Part shown: positions 36,740 through 47,309 of the stretch, piece by piece
How positions within the stretch are numbered: position 1 is the first letter of the stretch
Layout: every line of letters starts with the position of its first letter
Origin: Candidatus Woesearchaeota archaeon
Lineage (GTDB): Archaea > Nanobdellota > Nanobdellia > UBA10117
DNA length: 59,360 bases
NCBI GenBank assembly: GCA_964354105.1
Contig: CAYGXM010000005.1
Coordinates: 1-59,360, forward strand
Reading direction: 5' to 3'
The notes under the pieces: generated by a model
What the model saw: the letters and a program-made list of their open reading frames with translations, nothing else
The model's database searches: none
Told to the model about the DNA's origin: nothing
Position numbers and translations under genes: made by a program

Positions 36740-37693
36740 TTATTTTCCGCCAATGAGAGCAAATTCTGCCAGCATTGCAAACAGTTGTACAAACTCATTG
36801 CAGCCTTCCACTAATCTAAATTCAGTTTCTCCGCATGCTCTGATGAGTTTAATCTTTATTTTCTCATCAAGATTCATATTCTGAATTTCTTTTTGTATTT
36901 GTTTTATCACATCTATTCCAGATAAGCCGTGTTTCACTATAACATCTGTCAAAATCTTCTTTGCTTCAATGAATTTTCCTTCAACTGCTTTCTTTACAAC
37001 AGATTCAATCTCTTTTGGCTCTGCAAAACTAACAACTTGTGAAATAATCTTGTTGTTTATCTCAGAAGAAACTGCTGCGCAGGCCTGCAATAAATTGTGC
37101 GCTTTTCTCATGTCCCCTTCTGAAGCTTCATAAATCAAGTCTGTTGCATCTTTTTCCAGCTTGAAGCCCTCAGTTTTTGCAACAGTCTGCAAAACAGCTT
37201 CAACAATCTCTTTCGGCAGTGGCTTAAATCTAAAAATAGTACATCTGCTTTGTATAGGTGGAATGATTTTGCTGCTGTAATTACAACTTAAGATAAATCT
37301 GACTGTCTGCGTATAATCTTCCATAATTCTTCTGAGGGCATCCTGTGCTTCTTTTGTCAAAGCATCGGATTCATCTAAATAAATGACTTTGAAAGGGACA
37401 TTTTCAACAGCTCTGGTTCTTGCAAAATCCTTTATTTTGACACGGACAACATCGATACCGCGCTCGTCAGAAGCATTCAGCTCCATGATGTTGTCTTGCC
37501 AGGTATCTCCATACAATTCTTTTGCCATCGCCATTGCTGCAGTCGTTTTTCCAACGCCGGCTGGCCCTGCAAACAAAAGATGTGGAAAATTCTTGGCTTT
37601 GATAAAAGCCTCTAGCCTTCTGGTTATCTCTTCCTGGCCTCTAACCTCAGACAGCTTCTTAGGCCTGTATTTCTCAGTCCATACATCAAGCAT
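36740..37693 (-). CDS. rfcS: replication factor C small subunit
   Basis: WTEKYRP, GPAGVGKTT, ELNASDERGID, IQSRC. Confidence 0.98.
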   Translation of the reverse strand: MLDVWTEKYRPKKLSEVRGQEEITRRLEAFIKAKNFPHLLFAGPAGVGKTTAAMAMAKELYGDTWQDNIMELNASDERGIDVVRVKIKDFARTRAVENVPFKVIYLDESDALTKEAQDALRRIMEDYTQTVRFILSCNYSSKIIPPIQSRCTIFRFKPLPKEIVEAVLQTVAKTEGFKLEKDATDLIYEASEGDMRKAHNLLQACAAVSSEINNKIISQVVSFAEPKEIESVVKKAVEGKFIEAKKILTDVIVKHGLSGIDVIKQIQKEIQNMNLDEKIKIKLIRACGETEFRLVEGCNEFVQLFAMLAEFALIGGK

Positions 37694-37878
37694 TTTAGCT
37701 CCGCAAGCACCACTTTAATCTAAACAGGAAGTTTTTTAACTTATAAGATTTTGTAGCCTGCTATGCATACAAAGGGTGGTTATCGGATCTGTCCACAATA
37801 GAAATTCTTTAAATAGCTCAATTAATGCTTCTCAACATATGGCTATGTTTAAACTGATTAAACGGGGGCCTTAGAAAC

Positions 37879-40800
37879 ATGGAAACAGACTTACTGAAAA
37901 TTGATGCGTGGGTGCATGATTTTTGGAAAAAGAACAAAATCAGGGAAAAAGTTCTAAAATCAAGGCAGGGGAAGAAAAAATTCTATTTCTTAGATGGCCC
38001 GCCTTATGCGACCGGCTATGTTCACATAGGAACTGCCAGAAACAAAACAATCAAAGATTACTATCTCAGATACAACAGAATGAAAGGTTATGATGTGTGG
38101 GTCCAGCCAGGCTACGACACGCATGGTTTGCCTATCGAAAGCAAAGTGGAGAAAAAATTAGGCATTACTTCTAAACAGCAAATAGAGAAGATGGGCATTG
38201 ACAAATTCAACAAAGAATGCGCAAAGTTTGCCACAGAATTTGTTGATTTTATGGCCAAAGCATTCCTAGATTTAGGTATATGGTACGATTGGGAACATCC
38301 CTATTATACTTACACAAACGAATACATTGACGGAGCATGGTATACCCTAAAAGTAGCGTACGACAAAGGCCTGCTGCATAAAGGCAAGTATCCTGTGCAT
38401 ATTTGCCCGCATTGTGAAACTGCATCAGCATTCTATGAAATAAACTACAAAAGCATAGAAGAAGAAGCTATAATAGTTAAATTCAAATTAAAGGAAAAGA
38501 AAAACGAATACTTGTTGATTTTTACAACGACTCCATGGACTTTGCCTGCAAATACTGGCGTCATGGTTAATCCAGCTAGCACTTATGTCAGGGCCAAGTT
38601 CGGCAATGAGGTCTGGATATGCTCTGAAGATACCTTGCAATCAATTGCCAATTCAATAGACAGGAAATATGAGTTATTGGAAAAATTTCCTGGCAAGAAA
38701 TTGGTGGGATTAAAATATGAAGGTCCATTCAGTGATCTTCCTTTGCAAAAAAACATTACACCGAAAGTTGTGCCATCTGCAAGATTTGTTGATGCTAAAG
38801 AAGGAACTGGCTTAGTCCATGCTGCGCCAGGTCACGGCCAGGAAGATTATCAAGTTGGCATGGAGCATGGTTTGGCATTATTGTCTCCTGTACGTTTGAA
38901 TGGAACGTACACTGAAGAAACCGGAAAATATGCAAACAAATTCGTGAAAGATGCTGATCTAATACTAATTGAGGATTTGGAAAAGAAAAACTTGCTGGTC
39001 AAAACGCAGAAGATAGAGCATGATTATCCCTTCTGCTGGCGTTGCGACAGCGCACTTTTATTTGCGGCTGTGCCGCAATGGTTCTTCAAAGTAAAAAGTT
39101 TCAAAGATAAATTACTCGTGTTAAATGAAAAAATAAAATGGGTTCCTGAATGGGGAAGAAAAAGGTTTTACGATTGGCTCGTAAACATTTCAGACTGGCC
39201 GATTTCAAGGCAACGTTATTGGGGCATACCAATACCAATCTGGACTTGCGAGAAATGCTCTGAATTGAAAATTGTAGGCTCTGTATACGAGCTTCCAGAG
39301 AAACTAAAGGACGTGCATCGTCCTTTCATAGATAAAATAACGTTCAAATGCAAATGCGGAGGCGTGATGAAAAGAACTCCTGACGTTTTGGATGTTTGGT
39401 TCGATTCTGGCGTGGCTTCCTGGGCTTCAATCCAATATCCGAAGAACAAAGAGCCTTTTGAATCGATGTGGCCGCCAGAATTCAACACCGAAGGCACAGA
39501 TCAATTCAGAGGCTGGTGGAATTCGCAGTTATTGACAAGTTATGTTACATTTGGCAAACTTCCTTTTAAGGCTATAAGGGTCCACGGATTAACCTGGGAC
39601 AAAGTTGGCCATCCGATGAGCAAGAGCAGGGGAAATTTTGTAGAGCCTCATGAGATTTTCAATAAGTACGGGCGAGATGCTTTGAGATTTTACTTGCCTT
39701 ATGATGACCCAAGCTTAGAATTTAGATTTGACTGGGAAGGCAGGGGAAAACCGTTGATGAGATTCTTCACTTTATTCTTTAATGTAATAAATTATATCGA
39801 AGCAAGCGGCAAAAAAATAGATAGTGCAAATAAATTAGATATAGAAGATAAATGGATAATCTCTAAAGTCAATTCATTATTACAAAAAGTAACTAATTTT
39901 AATGATACTTATTTAGAATATTTATCAATCCAAGCGATAGATAATTTCATTGCAGAGGAGTTCAGCAGGTTCTACATAAAAATTGTCAGGGATAGAATTT
40001 CTGCTGGAGACGAAGCTGCGATTTACACATTATACTATGTTTTAGACAGATTAGTTAAAATGCTGGCCCTGCTAATTCCTTTTTCAACAGAATATATATA
40101 TCAAAAGCTGTTAAGAGGCAAGAAAGACCTGCTAAGCGTGCACCTCTGTGATTGGCCTGTTGCAGACGAAAAAGCAATAAATTCTAAATTAGAAGCTGAA
40201 ATAACTCACGTAAAAGATGTTTTGTCTACTGTTTTAGCATTACGGGACAAAATTCCAAGAGGAATAAAATGGCCAATCAAATCTGCAGTTCTAATTTCAG
40301 AAAATGAAGAGCTAAAATCTGCAGTAAAGGAACATTCTGAGTTAGTCAAAAGGCTTGCAAATATCCTAAACATAGAAATTTCGCACGAATTAAAAGGCCT
40401 TAGGCACAGGGTTAAAGCAGACTTCAGCAGAATAGGGCCTAAATTCGGCAGGGATGCTGCAGAAGTTGTGGCAAAAGTAGCTGCGACATCTGCTGAATCT
40501 ATGTTAAGACAATTAAAGAAAGAGAACAAATTAGTTTTGGACCTTAGTAAAAAGAAAGTTGAATTAGAACGCGATGATTTGATTATAGAAGAGATTCTAC
40601 CATTTGGCGTGATAGGCGGAATATTCGGCAACTATTCATTGTATTTGGAGATTGAAGAAACTCAGGAAATGCTGCAAAAGGGCTTTGTAAGGGAATTTAC
40701 GAGAGCTGTGCAGGCATTAAGAAAGAAAGCAAACTTGCAGAAATCAAACAGGATTGCTTTGTTTGTATCTGCACTTGCAAGCTCGCAGGCAGCTTTGCAG

Positions 40801-40932
40801 AATCAAGCAAAAGAAATCGCACAGAAAGTTGGCGCTAGCTCAATTGATTTTGTTGCAATAAAGGCAATTGAAGCAAAAAAGAACAGAGATAGAATATCTG
40901 TAAAGAACTTTGAAGCTAGCTTTGGATTTTAA
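37879..40932 (+). CDS. ileS: isoleucyl-tRNA synthetase
   Basis: DGPPYA..HIG, WTLPAN, GTGLVH, DW.ISRQRYWG, MSKS. Confidence 0.98.
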   Translation: METDLLKIDAWVHDFWKKNKIREKVLKSRQGKKKFYFLDGPPYATGYVHIGTARNKTIKDYYLRYNRMKGYDVWVQPGYDTHGLPIESKVEKKLGITSKQQIEKMGIDKFNKECAKFATEFVDFMAKAFLDLGIWYDWEHPYYTYTNEYIDGAWYTLKVAYDKGLLHKGKYPVHICPHCETASAFYEINYKSIEEEAIIVKFKLKEKKNEYLLIFTTTPWTLPANTGVMVNPASTYVRAKFGNEVWICSEDTLQSIANSIDRKYELLEKFPGKKLVGLKYEGPFSDLPLQKNITPKVVPSARFVDAKEGTGLVHAAPGHGQEDYQVGMEHGLALLSPVRLNGTYTEETGKYANKFVKDADLILIEDLEKKNLLVKTQKIEHDYPFCWRCDSALLFAAVPQWFFKVKSFKDKLLVLNEKIKWVPEWGRKRFYDWLVNISDWPISRQRYWGIPIPIWTCEKCSELKIVGSVYELPEKLKDVHRPFIDKITFKCKCGGVMKRTPDVLDVWFDSGVASWASIQYPKNKEPFESMWPPEFNTEGTDQFRGWWNSQLLTSYVTFGKLPFKAIRVHGLTWDKVGHPMSKSRGNFVEPHEIFNKYGRDALRFYLPYDDPSLEFRFDWEGRGKPLMRFFTLFFNVINYIEASGKKIDSANKLDIEDKWIISKVNSLLQKVTNFNDTYLEYLSIQAIDNFIAEEFSRFYIKIVRDRISAGDEAAIYTLYYVLDRLVKMLALLIPFSTEYIYQKLLRGKKDLLSVHLCDWPVADEKAINSKLEAEITHVKDVLSTVLALRDKIPRGIKWPIKSAVLISENEELKSAVKEHSELVKRLANILNIEISHELKGLRHRVKADFSRIGPKFGRDAAEVVAKVAATSAESMLRQLKKENKLVLDLSKKKVELERDDLIIEEILPFGVIGGIFGNYSLYLEIEETQEMLQKGFVREFTRAVQALRKKANLQKSNRIALFVSALASSQAALQNQAKEIAQKVGASSIDFVAIKAIEAKKNRDRISVKNFEASFGF

Positions 40933-41210
40933 TTGCTCTCAAATCTCTTAAGCAAACCATCCAATTGTTCCGCTGATAAATTTTCACTTCTTAAAGGATC
41001 AACTTCCGAATATCGTATGGGATAATTGTATTTCTTAATTGCCTGCTTGGCTGCGAAAAAATAAATCTGCCTTAAACACATATTGTTGAAATTCTCTTGT
41101 GTCAATCTCAGATAATACTTTGGAGGTTGGCTGGGATTATCTGTTTCTTCGAGATAGCGGGAAGGCGGTACTCTACCGCAGACTATATCCTCCATGAATC
41201 CCTTATCCAT
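40929..41210 (-). CDS. hypothetical protein
   Basis: 93-aa ORF filling the ileS-tbp gap. Confidence 0.5.
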   Translation of the reverse strand: MDKGFMEDIVCGRVPPSRYLEETDNPSQPPKYYLRLTQENFNNMCLRQIYFFAAKQAIKKYNYPIRYSEVDPLRSENLSAEQLDGLLKRFESN

Positions 41211-41283
41211 GCTAAAAATAAAGCAACAAAACTTAAGAAGCTTTATAAATGGGTTTTTAAAGGTTTATAAAGAGGCGCATTTC

Positions 41284-41880
41284 ATGGCAACAAGTAAAAC
41301 TAAAGTTCTGAAAAAGGATAGAAAAGGCAAACCAACGGTTTATACAAAAACACAAAATGTTGTTGTTTCAGCATCAATTCACAGAGAATTACCTTTAGAG
41401 AGATTGGCTGCAAAACTAGAACGAGCAGATTACAATCCTGAAACTTTTCCAGGCTTGATTTTGAAAATAGATGTTCCAAAAGCATCTGCGTTGCTGTTTA
41501 GCTCTGGAAAAATCATCTGCACAGGCACAAAATCATTAGGCGAAGCCAGAAAAGCAATCGATGTTATTGTTGAAAAACTAGAAGCAATTCAATTGAAAGT
41601 AAAAGGTGAGCCAGATATCGAAGTTCAAAATATGGTTGCTTCCGGCGATGTTGGCGGCCGATTGAACTTAAATGAAATCATGATAAAGTTCGAAAATACA
41701 GAATACGATCCAGAGCAGTTCCCAGGACTTGTCTATAAATTGCCGAACTCACACATAACATTTTTGCTGTTCGGAACAGGCAAAATAGTCATAACTGGAG
41801 CTAAATCCGAAAAAGAGATTGTTGAATCTGTATACACTTTAAGGGATCAGCTGATAAAAGCTGGCTTGCTCAAAGACTGA
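41284..41880 (+). CDS. tbp: TATA-box binding protein
   Basis: Two repeats: YNPETFPGL/YDPEQFPGL and LFSSGKI/LFGTGKI; ATG at 41284. Confidence 0.98.
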   Translation: MATSKTKVLKKDRKGKPTVYTKTQNVVVSASIHRELPLERLAAKLERADYNPETFPGLILKIDVPKASALLFSSGKIICTGTKSLGEARKAIDVIVEKLEAIQLKVKGEPDIEVQNMVASGDVGGRLNLNEIMIKFENTEYDPEQFPGLVYKLPNSHITFLLFGTGKIVITGAKSEKEIVESVYTLRDQLIKAGLLKD

Positions 41881-41889
41881 TTGTTTACC

Positions 41890-41923
41890 ACTGCAGTGTA
41901 TACTGCAGTAAAGAAATTTCTTT
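41890..41923. promoter_or_regulatory. palindrome cluster upstream of mcm (ACTGCAGT-GTAT-ACTGCAGT; AAAGAAATTTCTTT)
   Basis: Seen in the sequence, directly adjoining TTTAAATA. Confidence 0.45.
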
Positions 41924-41969
41924 AAATAACCATTAGAGAGCAAAGTATCGTGTGCGTGATGGGGGTGCA

Positions 41970-43994
41970 ATGCTTGCAGAACAACTGGTATCAAAATATA
42001 GAACTTTCATTGAGAAATATTACTACAATGATCTTCTTAACAACATCAAGAAGGGCTTAACTTCTCTATATATCGATTTTGGCGCTTTGGCAAAATTTGA
42101 TTTGGAATTGTCTGAGCAGTTATTAAGCACGTTTGATGATGGTATTGAGAATTTTGAAGAAGCCATAAAATCTCTGGATATACCAGAAGCAAAATACCCT
42201 ATAAGAGTAAGGCTGGTAAATCTTCCAAAATCTTCATTTGTCAAGATCAGGGACGTTAGAGGAAAGCATTTGGGCCAGGTTATCTCAACAGAAGGCCTGA
42301 TAAGACAGGCATCAGACATCAGGCCTAAAATTACAGTTGCAACATTCGAGTGCCCTGGCTGTGGCGCACAAATGCTGATAGAGCAAGCCGGTGGAAAATT
42401 CAGGGAACCCATAAAATGCGCTTGCGGCAGAAGCGGAAAATTCAGGCTGATTTCAAAAAAATTAGTCGACATGCAGCGCCTTATTATTGAAGAAACTCCG
42501 GAAGCTATGCGTGGCGGAGAGCAGCCAAAAAGAATTGCTTTATTCTTGGAAGAAGATTTATTGGATCCCAAATTAGAGAAAAAACATTACCCTGGAAACA
42601 AAATTATAATAGTTGGTGTCGTAAAAGAAATTCCCATACTTTTGAAAACGGGCGGTATTTCTACAACATACGATTTATGTGTAGAGGCGAATTCTGTCGA
42701 TACGGTAGAAGAAGAATTTGAAGAGATTGAACTCACAGCTGAAGATGAACGCCTGATTAAAGAATTAGTATCAAAGCCAAACGTATACGAAAAACTAACA
42801 AAATCTATTGCGCCGTCTATTTATGGGCATGAAAATATCAAAGAAGCAATCGTTATGCAATTATTCGGCGGCGTAAAAAAAGAGAGAGAAGATGGTACAA
42901 GAACAAGAGGCGACATCCATGTATTCTTAGTTGGAGATCCTGGTTCTGGTAAATCTGAATTATTAAGATATGTTGCGACATTGGCGCCTAAGGCAAGGTA
43001 CATTGCAGGAAAAGGCGCATCTGCTGCTGGAATAACCGCAACTGTCGTTAGAGATGAATTCATCAGGGGCTGGGCCCTGGAAGCTGGAGCTTTAGTTTTA
43101 GCAAATAAAGGAATTGCCTGCATTGATGAATTGGATAAAATGACTCCTGAAGATACAAGTGCAATGCACGAGGCATGCGAGCAGCAAACAATCACGATCG
43201 CAAAAGCAAATATTCACGCAACGCTAAAGGCCGAAACATCAATACTTGCAGCCGCCAATCCTAAATTCGGCAGATTTGATCCTTATGATCCCATCGCAAA
43301 GCAAATAGACCTTCCGCCAACTTTGCTGAACAGGTTTGACTTGATTTTTCCAATCAAAGATATTCCAAATGCAGAGCGTGATGATAAAATTGCACAGCAT
43401 ATCTTGGAACTCGCGCAGGATCCAAATGCGAAAAAGCCGGAAATTAGCGGCGACTTGCTGAGGAGATTTATTGCATATGCAAAGCAAAAATGTTTCCCAA
43501 AATTAACTTCTGGTGCGATAGAGGAAATAAAACAATTCTATGTAACATTAAGGGCTGGTGCAGCAAAAGACGAGGGAGATATCAAATCAATTCCTATTTC
43601 AGCTAGACAATTAGAAGCCCTCGTAAGACTTGCAGAAGCATCTGCGAGAATAAGGCTTGCGGATAAAGTTACGAGGTCAGATGCGCAACGCGCAATCAGA
43701 TTGTTGAAATCATCGATGGAAGAAGTTGCATTTGATATAGAAACTGGCCGTTTTGATATAGACAGAGTTACAACTGGAATAACTGCCGTGCAAAGATCAC
43801 AAATCGCATCAATAAGAAGAATACTAGACATGCTAACAGAAAAGATAGGCAAGTCAATACCGCTGCAAGATATAATCAAAGAAGCTGAGGCTGAAGGCAT
43901 CGACAGGGCAAAAGCTGAAGATATAATCGAAAATCTGAAAAAGAAGGGCGACATAATGGAACCTAGGCCAGGCTTACTAACAAAAGTAGGGTGA
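41970..43994 (+). CDS. mcm: MCM replicative helicase
   Basis: C4 zinc finger, GDPGSGKS, IDELDKM, LLNRFDL, SARQLE; no intein. Confidence 0.98.
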   Translation: MLAEQLVSKYRTFIEKYYYNDLLNNIKKGLTSLYIDFGALAKFDLELSEQLLSTFDDGIENFEEAIKSLDIPEAKYPIRVRLVNLPKSSFVKIRDVRGKHLGQVISTEGLIRQASDIRPKITVATFECPGCGAQMLIEQAGGKFREPIKCACGRSGKFRLISKKLVDMQRLIIEETPEAMRGGEQPKRIALFLEEDLLDPKLEKKHYPGNKIIIVGVVKEIPILLKTGGISTTYDLCVEANSVDTVEEEFEEIELTAEDERLIKELVSKPNVYEKLTKSIAPSIYGHENIKEAIVMQLFGGVKKEREDGTRTRGDIHVFLVGDPGSGKSELLRYVATLAPKARYIAGKGASAAGITATVVRDEFIRGWALEAGALVLANKGIACIDELDKMTPEDTSAMHEACEQQTITIAKANIHATLKAETSILAAANPKFGRFDPYDPIAKQIDLPPTLLNRFDLIFPIKDIPNAERDDKIAQHILELAQDPNAKKPEISGDLLRRFIAYAKQKCFPKLTSGAIEEIKQFYVTLRAGAAKDEGDIKSIPISARQLEALVRLAEASARIRLADKVTRSDAQRAIRLLKSSMEEVAFDIETGRFDIDRVTTGITAVQRSQIASIRRILDMLTEKIGKSIPLQDIIKEAEAEGIDRAKAEDIIENLKKKGDIMEPRPGLLTKVG

Positions 43995-44659
43995 TGAAAA
44001 TGCAATTAAAACAAAGGGAAATCGCAAAAAGAACTTGGGTCTGCAATCTGATGCAGGGAAGCTACACAAAAAGCCAAGGGTGGACGCCTAGCTTTATTGA
44101 ATACAACGGTGAAAAATATTCCAGGGTTGCAATAGTTGGAAGCGTCGTATCAAAATTTGTTTCCGAAGACGGGAATTATGCATCAGTAACAATTGACGAT
44201 GGAACTGAAACAATACGGCTGAAAGCATTCGGGCCTGATGTGCAAAAATTGAAGGATATTTTTGTCGGTTCTTTAGTGAGATGTTTTGGAAAAGTCAGGC
44301 AGTGGTCTGACGAGATTTATCTTATGCCTGAAATCGTACACATTCTCGAAGATCCAAATTGGCTGCTCATACATAAATTGCAACTTGGAAAACCTTCAGG
44401 AGCGGTAAGGCCTGAAGAGAGCAAGCCGCAGGTCGCTGAGCAGGCGGCTGTAGAAATTTTAAAATCTGATGCGACTGCTATGCAGACAAAAGTCTTTGGC
44501 ATGATAAAAGACCTGGATTCCGGACTCGGAGCAGACATAGATGCAGTAATTTCTAAATCAGGATTATCTGAAGAAGAAGCCAAAAATATTCTGTTTAGTC
44601 TGCTGAAATCGGGGGATATTTACGAGCCTAAGAAAGGCAAGTTGCGAGTGCTGGTGTAA
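43991..44659 (+). CDS. RPA2/RPA32-like OB-fold plus winged-helix protein
   Basis: RVAIVGSVV, IDDGTETIRLKAF OB fold; C-terminal GDIYEPKKG wH. Confidence 0.85.
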   Translation: MMKMQLKQREIAKRTWVCNLMQGSYTKSQGWTPSFIEYNGEKYSRVAIVGSVVSKFVSEDGNYASVTIDDGTETIRLKAFGPDVQKLKDIFVGSLVRCFGKVRQWSDEIYLMPEIVHILEDPNWLLIHKLQLGKPSGAVRPEESKPQVAEQAAVEILKSDATAMQTKVFGMIKDLDSGLGADIDAVISKSGLSEEEAKNILFSLLKSGDIYEPKKGKLRVLV

Positions 44660-44750
44660 GGTTTATTAATCAGATTTTATATTGTGTAGGTTAATGGCCA
44701 CAATACCGCCCATACTTGCTCCGCACAGGCATCACTGGAAAGCTCGCAGC

Positions 44751-45299
44751 ATGTTGCATAAAGAATTTAAGGACATATTTGCAGCTGAAATAATTTCCAT
44801 GACTGGTGGCTTGCTAGCTGGAACCCTGCTTGCAATTTACATCGACAAGATATTGCTTATTCCTGGTTTATTCATTCTTTTGCCCGGCTTTCTGGAGATG
44901 CGCGGCAATATATCAGGAGCCTTAGCGGCTAGGCTTGGAACAGCCCTTGATTTAAGAAAAATGCCTGCGATAATAAGCAAAAATGGTGATATAAAACAAA
45001 ATATTCTTGCGACTTTTGTTGAAGTCTTAGTTGTAGCACTAAGCTTGGCAACAGTTGCTTATGCAGTTACTTACTTTATTTTTGGCACGGCAACCTTACT
45101 GATATTCTTGATTGCGATAATTGCAGCATTGATTTCAAATTTCATAGAAGTTGCCCTTACCACATATACCACATTCTGGCTTTTCAAGAAAGGCCACGAT
45201 CCTAATGACATTATGGGCCCGTATGTTACAACAACAGGGGATATTGTCAGCGTGGCCAGCTTGCTCATTGCAATAACAATCGTAATATGGATAGCCTAG
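44751..45299 (+). CDS. MgtE-type membrane domain protein (first half)
   Basis: LPGFLEMRGNISGALAARL, DPNDIMGPYVTTTGD; start could be 44695. Confidence 0.85.
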   Translation: MLHKEFKDIFAAEIISMTGGLLAGTLLAIYIDKILLIPGLFILLPGFLEMRGNISGALAARLGTALDLRKMPAIISKNGDIKQNILATFVEVLVVALSLATVAYAVTYFIFGTATLLIFLIAIIAALISNFIEVALTTYTTFWLFKKGHDPNDIMGPYVTTTGDIVSVASLLIAITIVIWIA

Positions 45300-45847
45300 C
45301 TAAAAAAATACTAAAGGAAAGTTTGAAAATACTCATAGCTGCTTCTATAATAAGCAGTGTCGGCGGAATAGGTTTTGAAGTCCTTAAGGTAAAGATTGCT
45401 GCGCTAATTCCGTTATTAATAATGCTTCCTGCGCTTAATGATATGATTGGAGATTTTGGCACAATCATATCCAGTAAATTCACGCTTTTGCTTTACCAGA
45501 AAAAGATACACAAAAGCTGGTGGAAATCCTTTGAATTGGGAGATCAGTTCAGAATAATCAGCACTATAGCACTCTTTGCAGCTTTTTATCTTGGAGTGCT
45601 ATCTGTTATAATAGCGCACATTCAGGGCGCAGCAATAAGCGTCATAGAAGCATTGAAGGTAATTGCAATTGCGTTTATGTCAACTGCAACTCTAGTTATG
45701 GTAATATTTTTCCTGGCAATAATCGGCGGGTTATGGGTTTACAAAAGAGGCAAAGACCCCAATAATTTCTTAATCCCTATAACAACTTCAGTTGCAGATC
45801 TAAGCAGCCTTATTCTCTTTTCTTTGATGGTTGCTTTCCTTTTCTAA
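45287..45847 (+). CDS. MgtE-type membrane domain protein (second half)
   Basis: LPALNDMIGDFG, DPNNFLIPITTSVAD. Confidence 0.85.
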   Translation: MDSLAKKILKESLKILIAASIISSVGGIGFEVLKVKIAALIPLLIMLPALNDMIGDFGTIISSKFTLLLYQKKIHKSWWKSFELGDQFRIISTIALFAAFYLGVLSVIIAHIQGAAISVIEALKVIAIAFMSTATLVMVIFFLAIIGGLWVYKRGKDPNNFLIPITTSVADLSSLILFSLMVAFLF

Positions 45848-46439
45848 ATCTGAGCCCGATAACATAAACTTCTGCTGATTCCCTCAAGGATGCTGATGGC
45901 TTCACAATTTTTACTGCTGCAAAACTTTTTTTAACCTCCGAAACAAAAGCCTCATAATCTACGCCGCGGAAAGCTTTTGTGACAAAAATTCCATCTTGCT
46001 TCAGAATTTTTTTGGTGATTTGCAAGGCTCTGAACGACAACAGCATCGCTATTCCTATATCTCTAGTCCTAATGCCGGAAAATTCGGGTGCAACATCTGA
46101 AATTACAACATCTGCAGCTCTGTTTAGTTTTTGCTTTATTTTTTCTACTGTACTTTCCTTGAAAATGTCCCCCAATACAGATTCGTAATTGTTGCCTAAA
46201 CTAATTATGGGCTTGATATCGACTCCAATTACCTTGCCATTTGGGCCTACAAATTGCAGAGCAACCTGTGACCAGCTTCCTGGTGCAGCCCCTAAATCTA
46301 TAACTATATTTCCTCTTCCAATAAAATGAAACTTTTTTTGCAATTCCAGCAATTTATAGGCAGATCTTGCTCTATATTTCTCTGCTTTAGCTTTCTTGTA
46401 GAAAAATTCGCCTTTCCGCTGTTTAAGCCATTGGTCCAT
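45810..46439 (-). CDS. rlmE: 23S rRNA methyltransferase RlmE/FtsJ
   Basis: YRARSAYKL, DLGAAPGSW, SDVAP, FVTK, SAEVY. Confidence 0.96.
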   Translation of the reverse strand: MDQWLKQRKGEFFYKKAKAEKYRARSAYKLLELQKKFHFIGRGNIVIDLGAAPGSWSQVALQFVGPNGKVIGVDIKPIISLGNNYESVLGDIFKESTVEKIKQKLNRAADVVISDVAPEFSGIRTRDIGIAMLLSFRALQITKKILKQDGIFVTKAFRGVDYEAFVSEVKKSFAAVKIVKPSASLRESAEVYVIGLRFRKGKQPSKKRE

Positions 46440-47219
46440 TCACTTCAAAAAGCCTTTTGATTTTAAAAACTCTCCCAAAATGTCTTTGGCTTGGGCCTTA
46501 GTAGATTCGACACTAATTCCTACATCTAAGTATTTTATTTGGGTTCCGCGCGATTCGTAGAGATTTATCAGTTCTTTGCTTTCATACATCGGCTTCAGCA
46601 GCCTTTGCATTTCATAATTTTTCTCATGCTTATCCTGCTGGTCCGGCCTTTCTTTTATGCGCCTAATTACTTCTTCAACATCCTTTACTGTGGAAATCAC
46701 TATAAGATTTGGGGAATTTTGCAATGCCAAGATATTTCCATCGAGCGATATGGCATCTTCTAGCGTCCATTTCTGGCCCTTTTGCCGGGCGTCTACAATC
46801 TGATAAGTATAACTGCTCATATCGTTTCTGCTTTGCAAAACTAATTTGCCCATAGCCAATGCAGGCCCTATTTCCCTGTTGAATAAAACTCGCCTGTCTT
46901 CTGCATAAGCTGTTGCAATTGTTTTTGTATCATATACGCGTCCATTATCACCTAAATATTCCTCCCTAATTACCGCGCCATGCCATGCATGCGTCGGCTC
47001 GGCAGAAAATATTACATCATATTTTGATATATCCAGAAAATATTTTTTATCTGGCTGGTTAAACTGCGGGTGATATTTTTCCTTCTGCCAAAATTCAACT
47101 AAATCGGTATAAGTTAAATGATTTTCTTCGCAAAATTCTTTACAAGCTTCACCAACTTTACCTTTTCCTGTTCCATCTATACCTTCAAAAATAACTGAAA
47201 TGCCTTTGTAAGGATGCAT
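46440..47219 (-). CDS. tmk: thymidylate kinase family protein
   Basis: IFEGIDGTGKG, AEPT, QSRN.MSSY.YQ. Confidence 0.8.
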   Translation of the reverse strand: MHPYKGISVIFEGIDGTGKGKVGEACKEFCEENHLTYTDLVEFWQKEKYHPQFNQPDKKYFLDISKYDVIFSAEPTHAWHGAVIREEYLGDNGRVYDTKTIATAYAEDRRVLFNREIGPALAMGKLVLQSRNDMSSYTYQIVDARQKGQKWTLEDAISLDGNILALQNSPNLIVISTVKDVEEVIRRIKERPDQQDKHEKNYEMQRLLKPMYESKELINLYESRGTQIKYLDVGISVESTKAQAKDILGEFLKSKGFLK

Positions 47220-47309
47220 CGTTTCATCCGTTGTGCGGAATTTTAAATAGATTTGTGGCTTTCAGAAAACAAACATTAGTTTTTTAAAGCATATTGCAAT
47301 TGTTTACTC

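Noticed and set aside
2260-43487. Numerous long antisense ORFs in the six-frame track (e.g. 2260-2733, 18182-18946, 24450-24992, 26702-27277)
   Set aside because: They lie opposite well-supported genes and read as codon-bias shadows rich in S/F/L
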